A stretch of 64,000 nt of DNA from Macrostomum lignano (lineage: Eukaryota). The position numbers and the translations under genes were made by a program. The notes under the pieces are model-generated. The model was not told where the DNA came from. It saw only the letters and a program-made list of their open reading frames with translations, and did no database searches. Below, piece by piece: positions 1 to 12,811 of the stretch (positions are counted from its first letter, which is position 1; each line of letters begins with the position of its first letter). The stretch is from positions 186,001 to 250,000 of the forward strand of contig NIVC01000163.1 in NCBI GenBank assembly GCA_002269645.1, given 5' to 3'.

Positions 1-378
1 CCATCCCCAATCTTCCCCAACGCCAATATTCCGATACCAAATCTTCCCCATCCCCAATCTTCCCCATTCCCGATCTTCCCCATCCTCACTCTTCCCCAAC
101 CCCAATCTTCCCCATCCCCAATCTTCCCCATCCCCAATCTTCCCCATCCACAATCTTCCCCATCCCCAATCTTCCCCATCCCCATTCTTCCCCATCCCCA
201 ATCTTCCCTATCCCCAATCTTCCCCATCCCCAATCTTCCCCATCCCCAATCTTCCCCATCCCTATTCTTCCCCATCCCCAATCTTCCCCATCCCCAATCT
301 TCCCCATCCCCAATCTTCCCCATCCCCAATCTTCCCCATCCCCAATCTTCCCCATCCCCAATCTTCCCCATCCCCAAT
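1..378. repeat. 16-bp minisatellite (CTTCCCCATCCCCAAT)n, intronic
   Basis: Direct reading; lies in the intron following the last visible delphilin exon. Confidence 0.95.
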
Positions 379-482
379 TTTCTCCATCCCCAAGCTTTTT
401 TAGTATCCTAAAATCCTAATTCATAAATGTTCAAATCCTCAAAATCCCTAAACTTCCTCAATTTCAAAAGTTTTGGACTCAC

Positions 483-3400
483 CCGGACATCCAAATTCTC
501 AAATGCCTTCGGATTCTGCAGGGAAACTAGCTCCTTCAGTGTAGACGCCGTTTCCTTAGAATTAATGATACGATTTTGAAATTATGAGGACAGAATAAAT
601 TATATTTTAGATAAGAGTTTGAAAAATTGTCAAAACCCTCACCTGAAGCAGTTTTCGCAGTTCGCTCACTTCTTCGGCAAGGGCCGCGTTTGAAACTGAA
701 ATATTAATTGATAACTCGTTTTACAAGTGCAAATCAGCGATGCAAGCACGCGTTTTAACTGAGCATGACCAATAACAAATTTTAATTTCAAATTTATCAC
801 GAAAGAAGTAGAAACTTAAAGTTAAAGGCCGTTTATATTGTGTCATTACGATATTTATTCTTTAGCAATCTATTCTATTCCTTCATCAGTGTATATTGGC
901 TAGATTAGCAATCCATTCTATTCCTGCATCAGTGTGTATTGGCTAGATTAGCAATCCATTTTATTGTTTCATCAGTGTGTATTGGCTAGATTAGCAATCC
1001 ATTTTATTGTTTCATCAGTGTGTATTGGCTAGATTAGCAATCCATTCTATTCCTGCATCAGTGTGTATTGGCTAGATTAGCAATCCACTCTATTCCTGCA
1101 TCAGTGTGTATTGGCTAGATTAGCAATCCATTCTATTCCTTCATCAGTGTGTATTGGCTAGATTAGCAATCCATTCTATTCCTTCATCAGTGTGTATTGG
1201 CTAGATTAGCAATCCACTCTATTCCTTCATCAGTGTGTATTGGCTAGATTAGCAATCCATTCTATTCCTTCATCAGTGTGTATTGGCTAGATTAGCAATC
1301 CATTCTATTCCTTCATCAGTGTGTATTGGCTAGATTAGCAATCCATTCTATTCCTTCATCAGTGTGTATTGGCTAGATTAGCAATCCATTCTATTCCTTT
1401 ATCAGTGTGTATTGGCTAGATTAGCAATCCATTTTATTGTTTCATCAGTGTGTATTGGCTAGATTAGCAATCCATTTTATTGTTTCATCAGTGTGTATTG
1501 GCTAGATTAGCAATCCATTCTATTCCTTCATCAGTGTGTATTGGCTAGATTAGCAATCCATTCTATTCCTTCATCAGTGTGTATTGGCTAGATTAGCAAT
1601 CCATTCTATTCCTGCATCAGTGTGTATTGGCTAGATTAGCAATCCACTCTATTCCTGCATCAGTGTGTATTGGCTAGATTAGCAATCCATTCTATTCCTT
1701 CATCAGTGTGTATTGGCTAGATTAGCAATCCATTCTATTCCTTCATCAGTGTGTATTGGCTAGATTAGCAATCCACTCTGTTCCTTCATCAGTGTGTATT
1801 GGCTAGATTAGCAATCCATTCTATTCCTGCATCAGTGTGTATTGGCTAGATTAGCAATCCATTCTATTCCTTCATCAGTGTGTATTGGCTAGGTTAGCAA
1901 TCCACTTTATTGTTTCATCAGTGTGTATTGGCTAGGTTAGCAATCCACTCTATTCCTGCATCAGTGTGTATTGGCTAGGTTAGCAATCCACTCTATTCCT
2001 GCATCAGTGTGTATTGGCTAGGTTAGCAATCCACTTTATTGTTTCATCAGTGTGTATTGGCTAGGTTAGCAATTCATTCTATTCCTGCATCAGTGTGTAT
2101 TGGCTAGATTAGCAATCCATTTTATTGTTTCAGCAACACGAGCGAGACTGTGAGTAATCATTAAATTCCAGAGCTCCCACTGCATAACAAACTACAAGTA
2201 CTCACTACACCAGAGTCCGGAAGAACGTAAAACATCGTCATAGGAATTAAGCATGCAATTTCGCGAACCAAATTACATAAAAAAGTAACTATACCAGTTA
2301 CCAGAACGCTAAATACAGGAGGCCAGCTCAAAAAACTTTCGAGAATATAAATAATGTCGAATCAAGCCTACTTACCAATCTTCTCGGCTAAATGAATGGT
2401 TTAAAAAAAGAAAAAAGAGACTTATGATGCTACTACTTGTGAGTGTCAGTAGTGCACTTAAAAGTTATTCTTGCAATCAGTTGCACGAACAGAAAATTCA
2501 ATATGTTTTACCTTTAGCCGCATCGGGCACTGAGGGCAAGTCCTCGCGCAGGTGGATCGCCTCAGGGCAGCGCTTCTGCACCGACTCAGCCAGCACGTGT
2601 AGAAAGTTCGACTTGCCGTCCGTGGTCTTAGTGATCTCCAGCTTTAAATTGAAACGAATGGAATAGTTGGCTAACATAGAATTACTGTTCTAAAAATAGA
2701 AATAGGGATTTCCCACCCAATGAGATAGTGACTGGTACGGATTTTAAAATTTTCATGCAGGGATTCCCCATTCGAACTCTAAACTTGAGATTGGGACTCC
2801 CCTTGTAGAAATCTGAGGTTGGGATTCCCCTATTAAAATCTGAGATTGGGATTTCCTTATTAAATACCTGAGATTGGGATTTTCCTATTAAACACCTGAG
2901 ATTGGGATTGACCTATTGAACACTTTAGGTTGGGATTTTTACACTCATTTTTTCAAGGAACCGACCAACTCAAGCACCCAGCACTGAACCAACCCGAGCC
3001 AGTGACGAGATCTTAATAGCCTGAGCGCCACCGATCCTGTTGTTGCCTTGGTTAAGAAAATTCCCCATCGCCAGAATCATCTCTAGAATTCTGGCCAGCT
3101 TGTCGCTGTGGCACAGCTCCCTGCTGGCGCGCTGAACAGTCAGCAGAGTATGGCGAATCGATTCGACTTTCTCGGAGAAGTTCAGCTTGAACAGCATCGC
3201 TCGCAGCCGCTGCTCGTAGCCCGGCACGCGAGTCATCTCGTAGGCGAACTGATCCGGCTTGCTCAACTTGCTCACCGGCCCGTTGTAGTTGTCGTATTTT
3301 TCAATCTGGAATCGAGAGCGACTCTAATAGTTGCCGCTGGTTGGAAGGAGCTCAAAGTACTCGAGAAACAGAAGCCCATTTGATGATTCTAAAACCTTTC

Positions 3401-6400
3401 AGAGCTTTCTACCGACAACGCATTTTTACCGAAAAGCAATAATTCAGATGTCTCAAAAGAACTTCGGATTCCTCAAGAGCAATCCAGGGTCCTCTGTAGA
3501 GCACTTAAAAGTTTCCAGGAGCACTTCAGAGTCCTTTAGAGCCCTTTAAAGTCACTTCAGAGTCCTGCAAAGCCCTTCTAAGACTCCAACAGCACTTCAG
3601 AGTCCTCTAGAGTACTTAAAAGTCCCCAGGAGCACTTCAGAGTCCTCTAGAGTATTTTAAAGTCATTCGAAGCACTTAAAAGTCCTCAGGAGCACTTCAG
3701 AGCCCTCTTGAGCATTTTAAAGTCCTTCGAAGCACTTAAAAGTCTCCATGAGCACTTTAGAGTCTTCTAGAGCCCTTTAAAGTCACTTCAGAGTCCTGCA
3801 GAAGAAGAGCCCTTCTAAGTTTCCAAAAGCACTTCAGAGTTCACTTGAGCACTCCAGAGACCTAACGAGCGCGAAAAGAAATTGATGTTTTTACCTCGTC
3901 TGAGCTTGGCGCAAATCGAATCATCTGCTGCAGCAACTCGGCGGTGTAGATGCTCTCGTCCATGTTGTAAAGGGCAGCTTTTAGCTCAGCTATTGGCAGT
4001 TTCAGGTGGCCAAGAAGAATGGCTGAAATGTGGCGCGGTGATCAGCATTTCAGGGTAATCCTTCTGCCGCATGTTGAGACAGCAGCCAACTTACCGATGT
4101 TGTGCGCCTTTTTGCCATTCAGTATGCAGATATCCTTCTTGGCCAAGTGCTTGTCAACAATAGACGGAGTGTGTTTCGGCTTCTTCACAGCGAACTGGCC
4201 TTCAATGTCCAGATAGTTCACCACCTCGCTTAGCGCCCTATCGGCGCTGATCTGGCCCCAGATCGTCTCGCCGAGGTTGTTCAACTCGAGCTTCTCCCAG
4301 TTGAGGCGGCGGACGTTCATCTGGCCAGGATTGCCGGCTTCCAGCCAGGTTGGCGGCGGCGGCGGCGGCGGAGGCGGCGGCGGCGGTGGCGGCGGCGGTG
4401 GCGGCGGAGGCGGAGGTGGTGGAGGAGGCGGCGGTGGCGGTGCAGCTTGAGAATTTCGTGCACCGCCAGCGGCAGCCGCCGTCCCTGCAGCCGGCGAAGC
4501 AGCGCCATCCTCGGCTCCATCAACAACATCGTCTAAAGCCTTCATCGCGCGAAACGCCCTGGCGTCCATCGATTCCTGGGCGCGTAGAATTTCGTTGGCC
4601 TTCTCGGCATTGTTGCCGGTGAACAATAGCCAGTCTTTGTCCGGATCAACTAAGACTAGTCTAGCGTTCGGCGGCAGCTGATTTCGATCAACCGGCTCGC
4701 CGTTCATTCGGAAAATTAAATCGCTGTTCTCCCGACGTCGCCGTCTTGCCATGGCAACGCCGAATGACGTTGCGGCAGGGCCGCCTTCTTCATCGTCCAG
4801 CTCGTCCTCGTCGCGCAGACTCCTAGCAGGCAGGTCGTACACAATCGACTCTCGATCCTCTTCATTGTCGTCGAAGTCTTCGTCATCAGTGTCGGAGTCG
4901 TAGCCGTCGTAGTCGCTGTCGGTCAGCAGGACGGCCTCAACGACGTTGTCACCTTTGTCCGGCTGGTTGACACCAAAATCTGCGCGTGGGGTTGAATTGG
5001 TTTGAGCTCGCTTCTAGTGAGACTGATCTTAGTTTGAGCCTGAAGCGTGAGTAACAAAATCATCCCCAATTCGGAAACCTCAAAAGGTCAGTCGCAGCAA
5101 TATTTGATCAACCGAATGAGAGTCTGTTGAGGTCTGTTACTTCAAGGAGATTTTGGACTAAGAATTGAGGGTTACTAAGGTGTATTAATTTGTTAGTCTC
5201 GGCGAGGCATTGAACTCAGAGAGAGGCGGATCCATGATTTTTCCCGGGCGGTCAGCCGACCCCATTGATCCCCCTCTTGATTGGCCAGTGGGCTCAGCCG
5301 CAATCAAGGTGATAGTCGACCCGGAGCCAGCCAGAAGTCAAGCTGTAGTCATGCTCAGCGTTCATAGCATAGAGTGGCTATGCATGAAAGATATCAAATG
5401 CATGTGCATTTACAGTTGCGAGCCGTTATCGCACGTTTCAGAGCGCTTCCTGTCTGTTTTTGCTGTGGACTTATTTGCGATGACACTTAGCTAATAGAAT
5501 CTTCTAAGGCTCTGCTGAAGCTTTGTGGCTCAAATTTTCGAGGTCCACTAGGTTAAAGCAAAGTTGGCATAAGGCCCATTTAGTCAACTCGTCCAGCTTT
5601 GAGTTGGAACGAACTACCAAATGGCGCTCGAGATCAACCATCAGTTTCATGGCTTTAAAAGACCTTGTCGCTCAAGTTTAAAAAGAAAGGGATAGGCCTT
5701 CAATCTTTCCAAGAATCAAAGTTCCTGTCCTTATTAACTTCTAGTGAGATCCTTGGTTCACGCGTTGACTCGAAAAGTCGCTATGCACATATAAATGCTT
5801 ACACTTGCTCTTCAATATCCCCATTTCTAGACAGAGAGGAGTGGGAAATTCACAAATTTTCCCTCTGTATGTTAAACTGCACAAGATTCAGAAGCAAATA
5901 CCGTAAGCGTATACGGTCGTATGAAAAAAATTAATACGACCGTACGGCATCGCGACATCTCTCCACCAGTCTGACCCAGACTAGGAAGTTTTTTATAAGA
6001 ACAAACCACGCAGCTGTCACTCGGGTATTCTGAGTGTTTACTCTGTAGTATCAGGCAGATCCACAAATAATTTGCACAAGCACGTAGCTCATAAGACTAT
6101 AATCGAAGTAGAAGGTTTTGTTATAATGCTTCTCTAACTATTTAAAACATTTTCGTTAATTTTTGCACAACGAAAGCCATTTACAGGTTTAACCAAATAA
6201 CTCTAAATATGTCGGTACAAAATAAACTTGAAAAGATAAGTATTGCAGGATTTCGGTTGAAGCAACATTGCCATTTTTTATAACTTTAATTTATTTCTGT
6301 GAATTTTTGTTTTACTCCGTCAGGAGTAAATCTCGTTTATTGGAAAATATTGAAAATGAAAATTAAATTTGCGTTTGTCAGTTTATAGCTGCGAGTGTTT

Positions 6401-9400
6401 TCTGTACATAGAATGTTACAAGGACGGAAATTTTGCAGTTTTTTAAAATTCTATGCGAGTGGAAAACTGGGTTTTGTTTTGAAATGGTTAAAAATAGGAA
6501 AGGTTTTAACAAAATGATTTTTGTGACGTAAGATTTGAGCTTCGATCGAAATTTTACCAAAGTTGATTTTTCCTTAACATTTTTTAAAATAGCCCTGAAG
6601 GCGGTCATCTTTCTTGTTCTGTCAATGGCTTTCGTTTGCGCAGTCATCCAGTGATTTTTGCGACATTTTAAACCCGAAAGTGTCGATTTTAACAAAGTTT
6701 CAAAACCTTCGCAAAATTGCCAGTCACTACCAGTGAGGTTCTGTGAAGAACAAAACGAAATACAAGATGCTGTACGAGCCTGCATGAAGATTCTAATTTT
6801 TTTCTAGTTCTGAAATCCTATATTTTTCTAATTAAAACGATCAATTAAAAAGAACTGAGGAGTTTTTCCTATAGAAAGTGCCCACCACAAAAGCCACTGA
6901 CAAATGAACAAACCATTCAAGCCTGAAATTTAGCTAGCTCTTTCTTCCGTTGCTTACTAAAATCAACTTTGGCCATTTCGTCGATGCCCTATGTTATATA
7001 AAATATTATAAAAATGTTTTCCATACTAAATGTTTTTAAAGTGATAAAAAGATAAATTTTTTAAAAATATGTGACTAGAGAAATAAACTCAAGTAATCTA
7101 AATAAATATTAAAATCACTTGAAATTTTTAACATAAATACTCATTTACTAATCGTGACACTCTACTTTTAGTACCGTGACTGCGTATCCGTGAATGGTAA
7201 AAAATGACACCCGAGTGACCGTGCTGCGTGATTTTTTCGCGTGAATTTTTTAACTCTTGAACAAAACTTCGATAATAGAGGTGACGGCGGCTTTGGGTTA
7301 ATGACACTTTGAATAAAATCGACTCCTTCCAACATCTTATGCATGAGTCCCATTTCTAGGAAACATCCCTATAGTTGCTAGCTACTAAGTTTATCAGCCA
7401 TAAGGGATAAATTAGGCGTAGCTGGGGAATTTGATGAGCCTAGCTTGAGGCGCCTCCTCCACAGTCGTCTCTTTGGCCTCTTTGCCGTCGGCAGCGCGTC
7501 GATTGCCTGCTGCCGTCGCAGCGCCAGAAGATGGCGAGTCTGCGTCATCGATAGGAAGCTGCTTTGACTTACGCATCTGATGGCGTCGCTGCTGCGGCTG
7601 CGGCTGCGGCTGCTGCCGCTGCTGACCCTGTCGAAGGCGTTGAGGCGTTCGGCCGCGACTTTTCGTGGCGGCACCCGGCTGGCGAGGTGGCGGCGAGATC
7701 GACCGACGGAATTCGTCGTCACTCGACGAGGTGAAGTCACGCTGGAGAGAATGGGGCGTATGCTGAGGTTGATGGTGAATTTGGTACGTGACAAACTACC
7801 TAAATGTGCACAATGTTCAGTGCTGTCATGGCTTTCTCATCGCTGAGCTACGACTTGTGATATGAGTCAGGTGGAATCAAGCCAGGCCTTCATAGTTTCC
7901 GGTACCAGGTGCGTCTCCAAAAACGTCTCTTATGGTTTTAAATGGGTCACTTTTTGAGTCACTAGCTATCTCTCAAACTATTTGGACAAAGCAACTTATG
8001 CTCAGAAAAATCGTCTACATGTTTAAGGGTCATTTACTCACCCCGACACTGGCGGGTCCCCGCGAGCTGGCCCCATCTCGCAGCAGCGAAGCAGCTCTGC
8101 CAACTGAAATATTAATCATAGTTTGCTAAGCATTAAAATATGAAAAACTAAAGCTTAATAGTTAAAGAAAATCTACCCTTACAGATTCTAAATTCTTCAT
8201 CCTCGTCCTCAATTCCAACCTCCTCCTGCGGCTGATTGAACGGATTGTAGCTGACTGGCTCTTGCCTACCGCCCAGGCTGCTGGTGGAGGCGTGCTGCGG
8301 CTGTGCGCGGCGTCTCTGTGGCGTGCCATTGTCTCGGCCTCGGCTGGAGGACCTCGGCCTTGCACCGCCTCCGCCTCCGCCAGCGCCGTCAGCCGATCGG
8401 CCAGGCTGCCTGGAGGTGCCAACCGAGACTGGTAGGCCGAGCTTTTCCCTGCAGAAGTTCTGATGATGTGGAGACAGCAGCGGTACGATGTACATCCACA
8501 ATGATTTCTTGGATGGAGTGTCCAGAATTTCCGAGACATCAACGATAAGGCCGTTGACGTCTCGATGAGTTGAGTAGTGCTGGAGGGCCTTTTTGAGTCG
8601 GGCTCTCTCCCGCGATGTCAGCAAGTACTCGAGTTGGTGCTTGAACGAAGTCAGATGGTCAAGCTGTAGCTGTTGCTGCTGCTGCTGCTGCTGCTGCTGT
8701 TGTTGTTGTTCTTTGGGTTGCTGTTGCTGCTGCTGCTGTTGTGCTCTTTGCTGCAGTGACGGTGTCGAATGAGCTCTGGGCAGCTGTCGATCAGGTGATG
8801 CCAGCTGTTTGAGCTGAGCCGAGCTCATCTGGGACATTGGAGCGTGCTGAGCGCAGAAATTGCGATGCTCTCTAGGCAGTTTGGGCAGCAGATAGGGCCA
8901 CAGACTCTGCTTGCTCGGCGTGTCAAAGAGTCGACTGAGATCAACCGCAAAGCGCTCGATGTCTCTACATAGGGTAAATTGAGCGTAAAATTGCCGTTTA
9001 AAACTTTATTGAACTAGTGATGTTACTACAAGCTTAATTAAAGAATAGCGTAGTTTCTCATGACCAATACATCAGTACGTAACGGTAAAACGGATACGCT
9101 CTCAAACTATGATAACGTCTCGGTACGAATCAGTTTCTTACTGATACAAAATCAGTAAGTTGACTTTGCCAGCAAAGGTCAAACAGACATTTAGATTCCA
9201 AGAATAACACACGATCCTTTCCTGGAAGCTGAGAGCCATGGACGAGTATCCGGTACAAACACAAACACAGAACGCCACGGGTAGGAACCTTACAGAAATA
9301 TTTCTTAGTCCCATATTCTGCACTTCTGCACTGCACCGCAGCAGCGAAGTCAGTCAGTCAAGTTTAGCTCGTATCAAACGTTTCCATCAATAAAAGGCTG

Positions 9401-12400
9401 CTTCCACTGATCCCCCACAGCCTTCGCACACAATCGATTATAAGGCTCTAAGATTAGTAAGATAACGTCGTCATCTGGCTGCAATGCAGGATACACAATA
9501 AAAAACCTTTACGAATGGCTACTATTTATTGAGTGAAAACCTGACTTTAAGCTACTATAGGTCAATCGGAATTACCTTCATAGTCTAACAAACAGTTTGT
9601 AGGCATATTCATGGCATTCCACACTAAGGATGCCTACGATGAAACAATTTTACTATCAGATAGTACACGTGTGAATTGCAGGAATTCCTCGGATATTTTG
9701 GAACTCACTTAGACTTTCTATAGACCTCCAATGCATCCTTGAGCTTCACTTTCTCGGTTTTAGTTAGCAATTCGTCGACTCGTTCTTTGAACGACTTTCC
9801 ACTTTCGTCGTAGCCGAGGGAGTGCCCGGAGGTTGGCGACTCGTCCGGGCCCAGGTGGAAGTCCATGCTGGAGAAGGAGGGCTCCTTCTGGTGGCGCGGT
9901 TGATGCGAGTGGCCGTTCGACTGGGGACTGGCCGCGGCTGAGGGTGTTAATCAATCGAACAATATTTAATCAATAAACCAATCGATCGATTAATCAACCA
10001 ATCAATGAAACAAAAAATCAAGTGAACAAACAATTCGTTGATTATCGATCGTTCAGTCCCTTCCACCTATTAGCTCCCTCGCTCGCTTCCACTTCAGTTT
10101 AGTTCTAGATCATTCAATCATTCAACTTGCCGAATCTCTTCAACACCACTGATCCCGGACTCATGAAGCACGAACCTGCAGCCAGTTCAGCAGTTTGGCA
10201 AACTTCTAGCGTCGGCTTGGAGCCGCTGTTCTGCAGCAGCTCCACCAGGTGGTTGTGGCCACACTGAGACACATCCAGTCCGTTGAGCCTCAGTATACAG
10301 TCGCCCGGCTGCAGTCCCGAACGGGCGGCGCAGCCGTTGTGCTCGACAGATTCCACGAATACCGGACGATTGCCGCGTAGGATGAAGCCGAAACTGCCGC
10401 TCTGGCTGCGGTCGATCGTGATGGTGCTGCAAAGGGATTGAGGCGTGCTCATGCTGGGCTCAGAGGTGCTCGAACAGATAGACAGATAAGCATGGCTCGG
10501 GTCACGAAATACTCGCAAAGACCAACCAAAGAAAACCGGAAAAGACATTGCTATGGACAATGGACATAAGTTTTTATCTGCAACTTTAACGCTGAGAACA
10601 GGCCCACTAAGCCACAAGCTAAAAAAGACGCTAAGACACGCCCAGGTTAGAAGATAAGTCTAAGACATTGAATTAAGATACTGGCTAAAAAACTGGCTAA
10701 GACACTGGCTAAGACACTGGATAAGACACTGGCTAAGACACTGGCTAAGACACTGGCTAAGACACTGGCTAAGACACTGGCTAAGACACTGGCTAAGACA
10801 CTGGCTAAGACACTGGTAAAGACAATCGCTAACACATTGACTAAGACACTGGCTAAGACACTGGCTAAGACACTGGCTAAGACAATTGCTAAGATACTGG
10901 CTAAGATACTGGCTAAGACACTGGCTAAGACACTGGCTAAGACACTGGCTAACACACTGGCTAAGACACTGGCTAAGACACTGGCTAAGACACTGGCTAA
11001 GACACTGGCTAAGACACTGGCTAAGACACTGGCTAAGATACTGGCTAGGATACTGGCTAAGATACTGGCTAACACATTGGCTAAGACACTGGCTAAGACA
11101 CTCGCTAACACATTGGCTAAGACACTGACTAAGACACTGGCTAAGACACTGGCTAAGATACTGGCTAAGATACTGGCTAAAACACTGGCTAAGGCACTGG
11201 CTAAGACACTGGCTAAGACACTGGCTAACAGACAGGCGTATTACCGTCTGTCGGCAGGATCAAAGTGAATAGGGATCTCGGACATCAAAGTTGGCTGATA
11301 GGCCGACTTCAGCGTAGACTTGAGCGATTCCATCGAGCCAGTGCTCGCCCGCATCAGAGGATCCTGGCTGAGCATCTTGTCGTACACCGGCAGATGCCTG
11401 TCGGGCACGAACGCACGAATCTCTTGCACAATCGGTCGATGTTCCGGAGCGGACAACAACGACTGCAGAGTGCCAGCAAATTTGTGCACATTCCGGTCCT
11501 CGGCGTACTGCTTCATCAAGCCGACCACGTACATCTTCTTGTCTTGATCGCCGCCCAGGATTCCGTTTAACTGTTGGTTGGAATTTTATTCAAGCCAATT
11601 TTAATCGATTAGAAAATTCATATTGGTCGCTTGAAGCTCAGTTGAGTTTGATTGTCACTTTATCCGGATTTCTGTCGCACTAATAACTCCCTCTATAACT
11701 GTACTTTCATCCAAGTCTCCCGGTACCATCCTGAGTAACTCCAATCTCACCTGTTACTCAACTACTACCTTTGTCACCATTTAAGTCAATCCCTGTACAT
11801 GTATCCGTATTGTACATTTGAGTCTGTACTTTGACCTATAGCATCGATTCAATAGCTATTAGTATTCTCTTGATTTAACTTAATTCGACTTGATAAGGGT
11901 CTAAGATCCTATGTCTTGAAATGTACATGCCTGAATGTAAAAGCTACATTTCATAGTCAATCAGCTGACCTTAGTGAAGAGCTCCTTGGCTTTGTTGTCC
12001 CTAGATCGTCTGCCGTGATGCGCGGAGCTGCTAATTACGCTGCCATCGCCTTTAGCCGTCACCAGAATGCCAAGCACGATCTTCTCTGCTTTGGCCAAGA
12101 TGGTTTCCACCACGTCCGGTGAAGTCACGTGGTAGCCGTTTATTTGAAGGACAACATCGCCTGGGATTTATCAATAAAAGCGGCCAGATGAGTATTATTT
12201 TGAATTGATCCTAAAATCCTATTGTACATATTGTACATGTAAGATTCAGAATGCAGTATAGTTTAATTGTGATACCGCTACGAACTTCGGCTCGATTCAA
12301 GCACATTAATTTGGGGAGTTTGCACGATTCACATCCACCCAGAATTGCCTCGATCAGCCCACGTTATGCCACCATGTCGCCGAGAGCGCTACGCCCAATG

Positions 12401-12811
12401 CTGTCACAGTCAGCAGCCCCCCTTCAGCAAATGAAACCGCCGCTCACCCTCTCTCAGTCCGGCCTGGTAAGACGGCCCATAGGGATTCACCGAGCTAACC
12501 ACAATGGGCCTGCTGCCGTGCATGGCGAACCCGTAGCCAAGTCGGCGGTTGAACGGTATCTCCATAGTCTGGATCCGGGACACCACGCCAACCGTGGGAG
12601 CTCCGGGCAGGCGGCGACGCCGAGCGGCCAGCTTGATCTCCTCGGCTGAGCAGCCGGACACATCGTCTCCGTCGAGCTCGAGTAGCTGATCGCCAGGCAG
12701 CAATCCGGCTTCGTCTGCAATGCTGCCCTTCTCAACTGAGATCACGTAGGCCGGGCCGCCGCCCCAGATCGCGAAACCGTAGAACTCGGGCCACTGGTCT
12801 CGGCCGGGCAT
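483..12811 (-). CDS. GRID2IP: Delphilin-like PDZ/HHD/FH1/FH2 formin (GRID2IP orthologue); 3'-partial, continues beyond the left edge
   Basis: Phase-consistent GT-AG exons (minus): 12811-12448, 12160-11970, 11570-11245, 10453-10176, 9937-9709, 8964-8183, 8103-8042, 7762-7573, 4979-4095, 4022-3895, 3305-2994, 2641-2512, 695-643, 554-483. The N-terminus MPGRDQWPEFYGFAIWGGGPAYVISVEKGSIADEAGLLPGDQLLELDG resembles delphilin PDZ1 as I recall it. Further PDZ domains (GYGFAMHGSRPIVV..., SFGFILRGNRPVFVESV...), harmonin-homology repeats (SFKERVDELLTKTEKVKLKDAL...; SFKHQLEYLLTSRERARLKKAL...), a 30-Pro FH1 (4351-4440) and an FH2 (VRRLNWEKL, HNIAILL, LAMGNFLNQG, TKTTDGKSNFLHVL) follow. Exon 4 and exon 8 boundaries are less certain. 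Confidence 0.86.
884..2135. repeat. 43-bp minisatellite (CATCAGTGTGTATTGGCTAGATTAGCAATCCATTCTATTCCTT)n, ~29 copies
   Basis: Period of 43 measured (1142 to 1185). Units are head-to-tail with no unique spacers. Confidence 0.96.
2703..2940. repeat. Degenerate GAGATTGGGATTYCC repeat
   Basis: About 7 diverged copies in the intron between two FH2 exons. Confidence 0.65.
3500..3855. repeat. Degenerate ~20-bp repeat (AGCACTTCAGAGTCCTCTAG)
   Basis: Recurrent AGCACTT(C/T)A(G/A)AGTCC units. Confidence 0.75.
10646..11230. repeat. 12-bp minisatellite (CTGGCTAAGACA)n
   Basis: Direct reading; source of the LAKT/LASV pseudo-ORFs. Confidence 0.95.

Noticed and set aside
884-2135. Regularly spaced repeats as a CRISPR array (also 23265-24556, 25907-27083, 62057-62872)
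   Set aside because: Units are head-to-tail with no unique spacers, there are no cas genes, and the context is eukaryotic introns.
2703-2940. Cluster of NF-kB-like GGGATTCCCC sites
   Set aside because: The matches arise from a degenerate intronic repeat, and GGGAT/ATCCC cores are ubiquitous in this window's satellites.
5210-5494. Possible extra delphilin exon or internal first exon in the GC-richer patch of intron 8
   Set aside because: No minus-strand frame with compatible phase-1 splice sites was found. Exon 8 (7573) joins exon 9 (4979) in phase without it.
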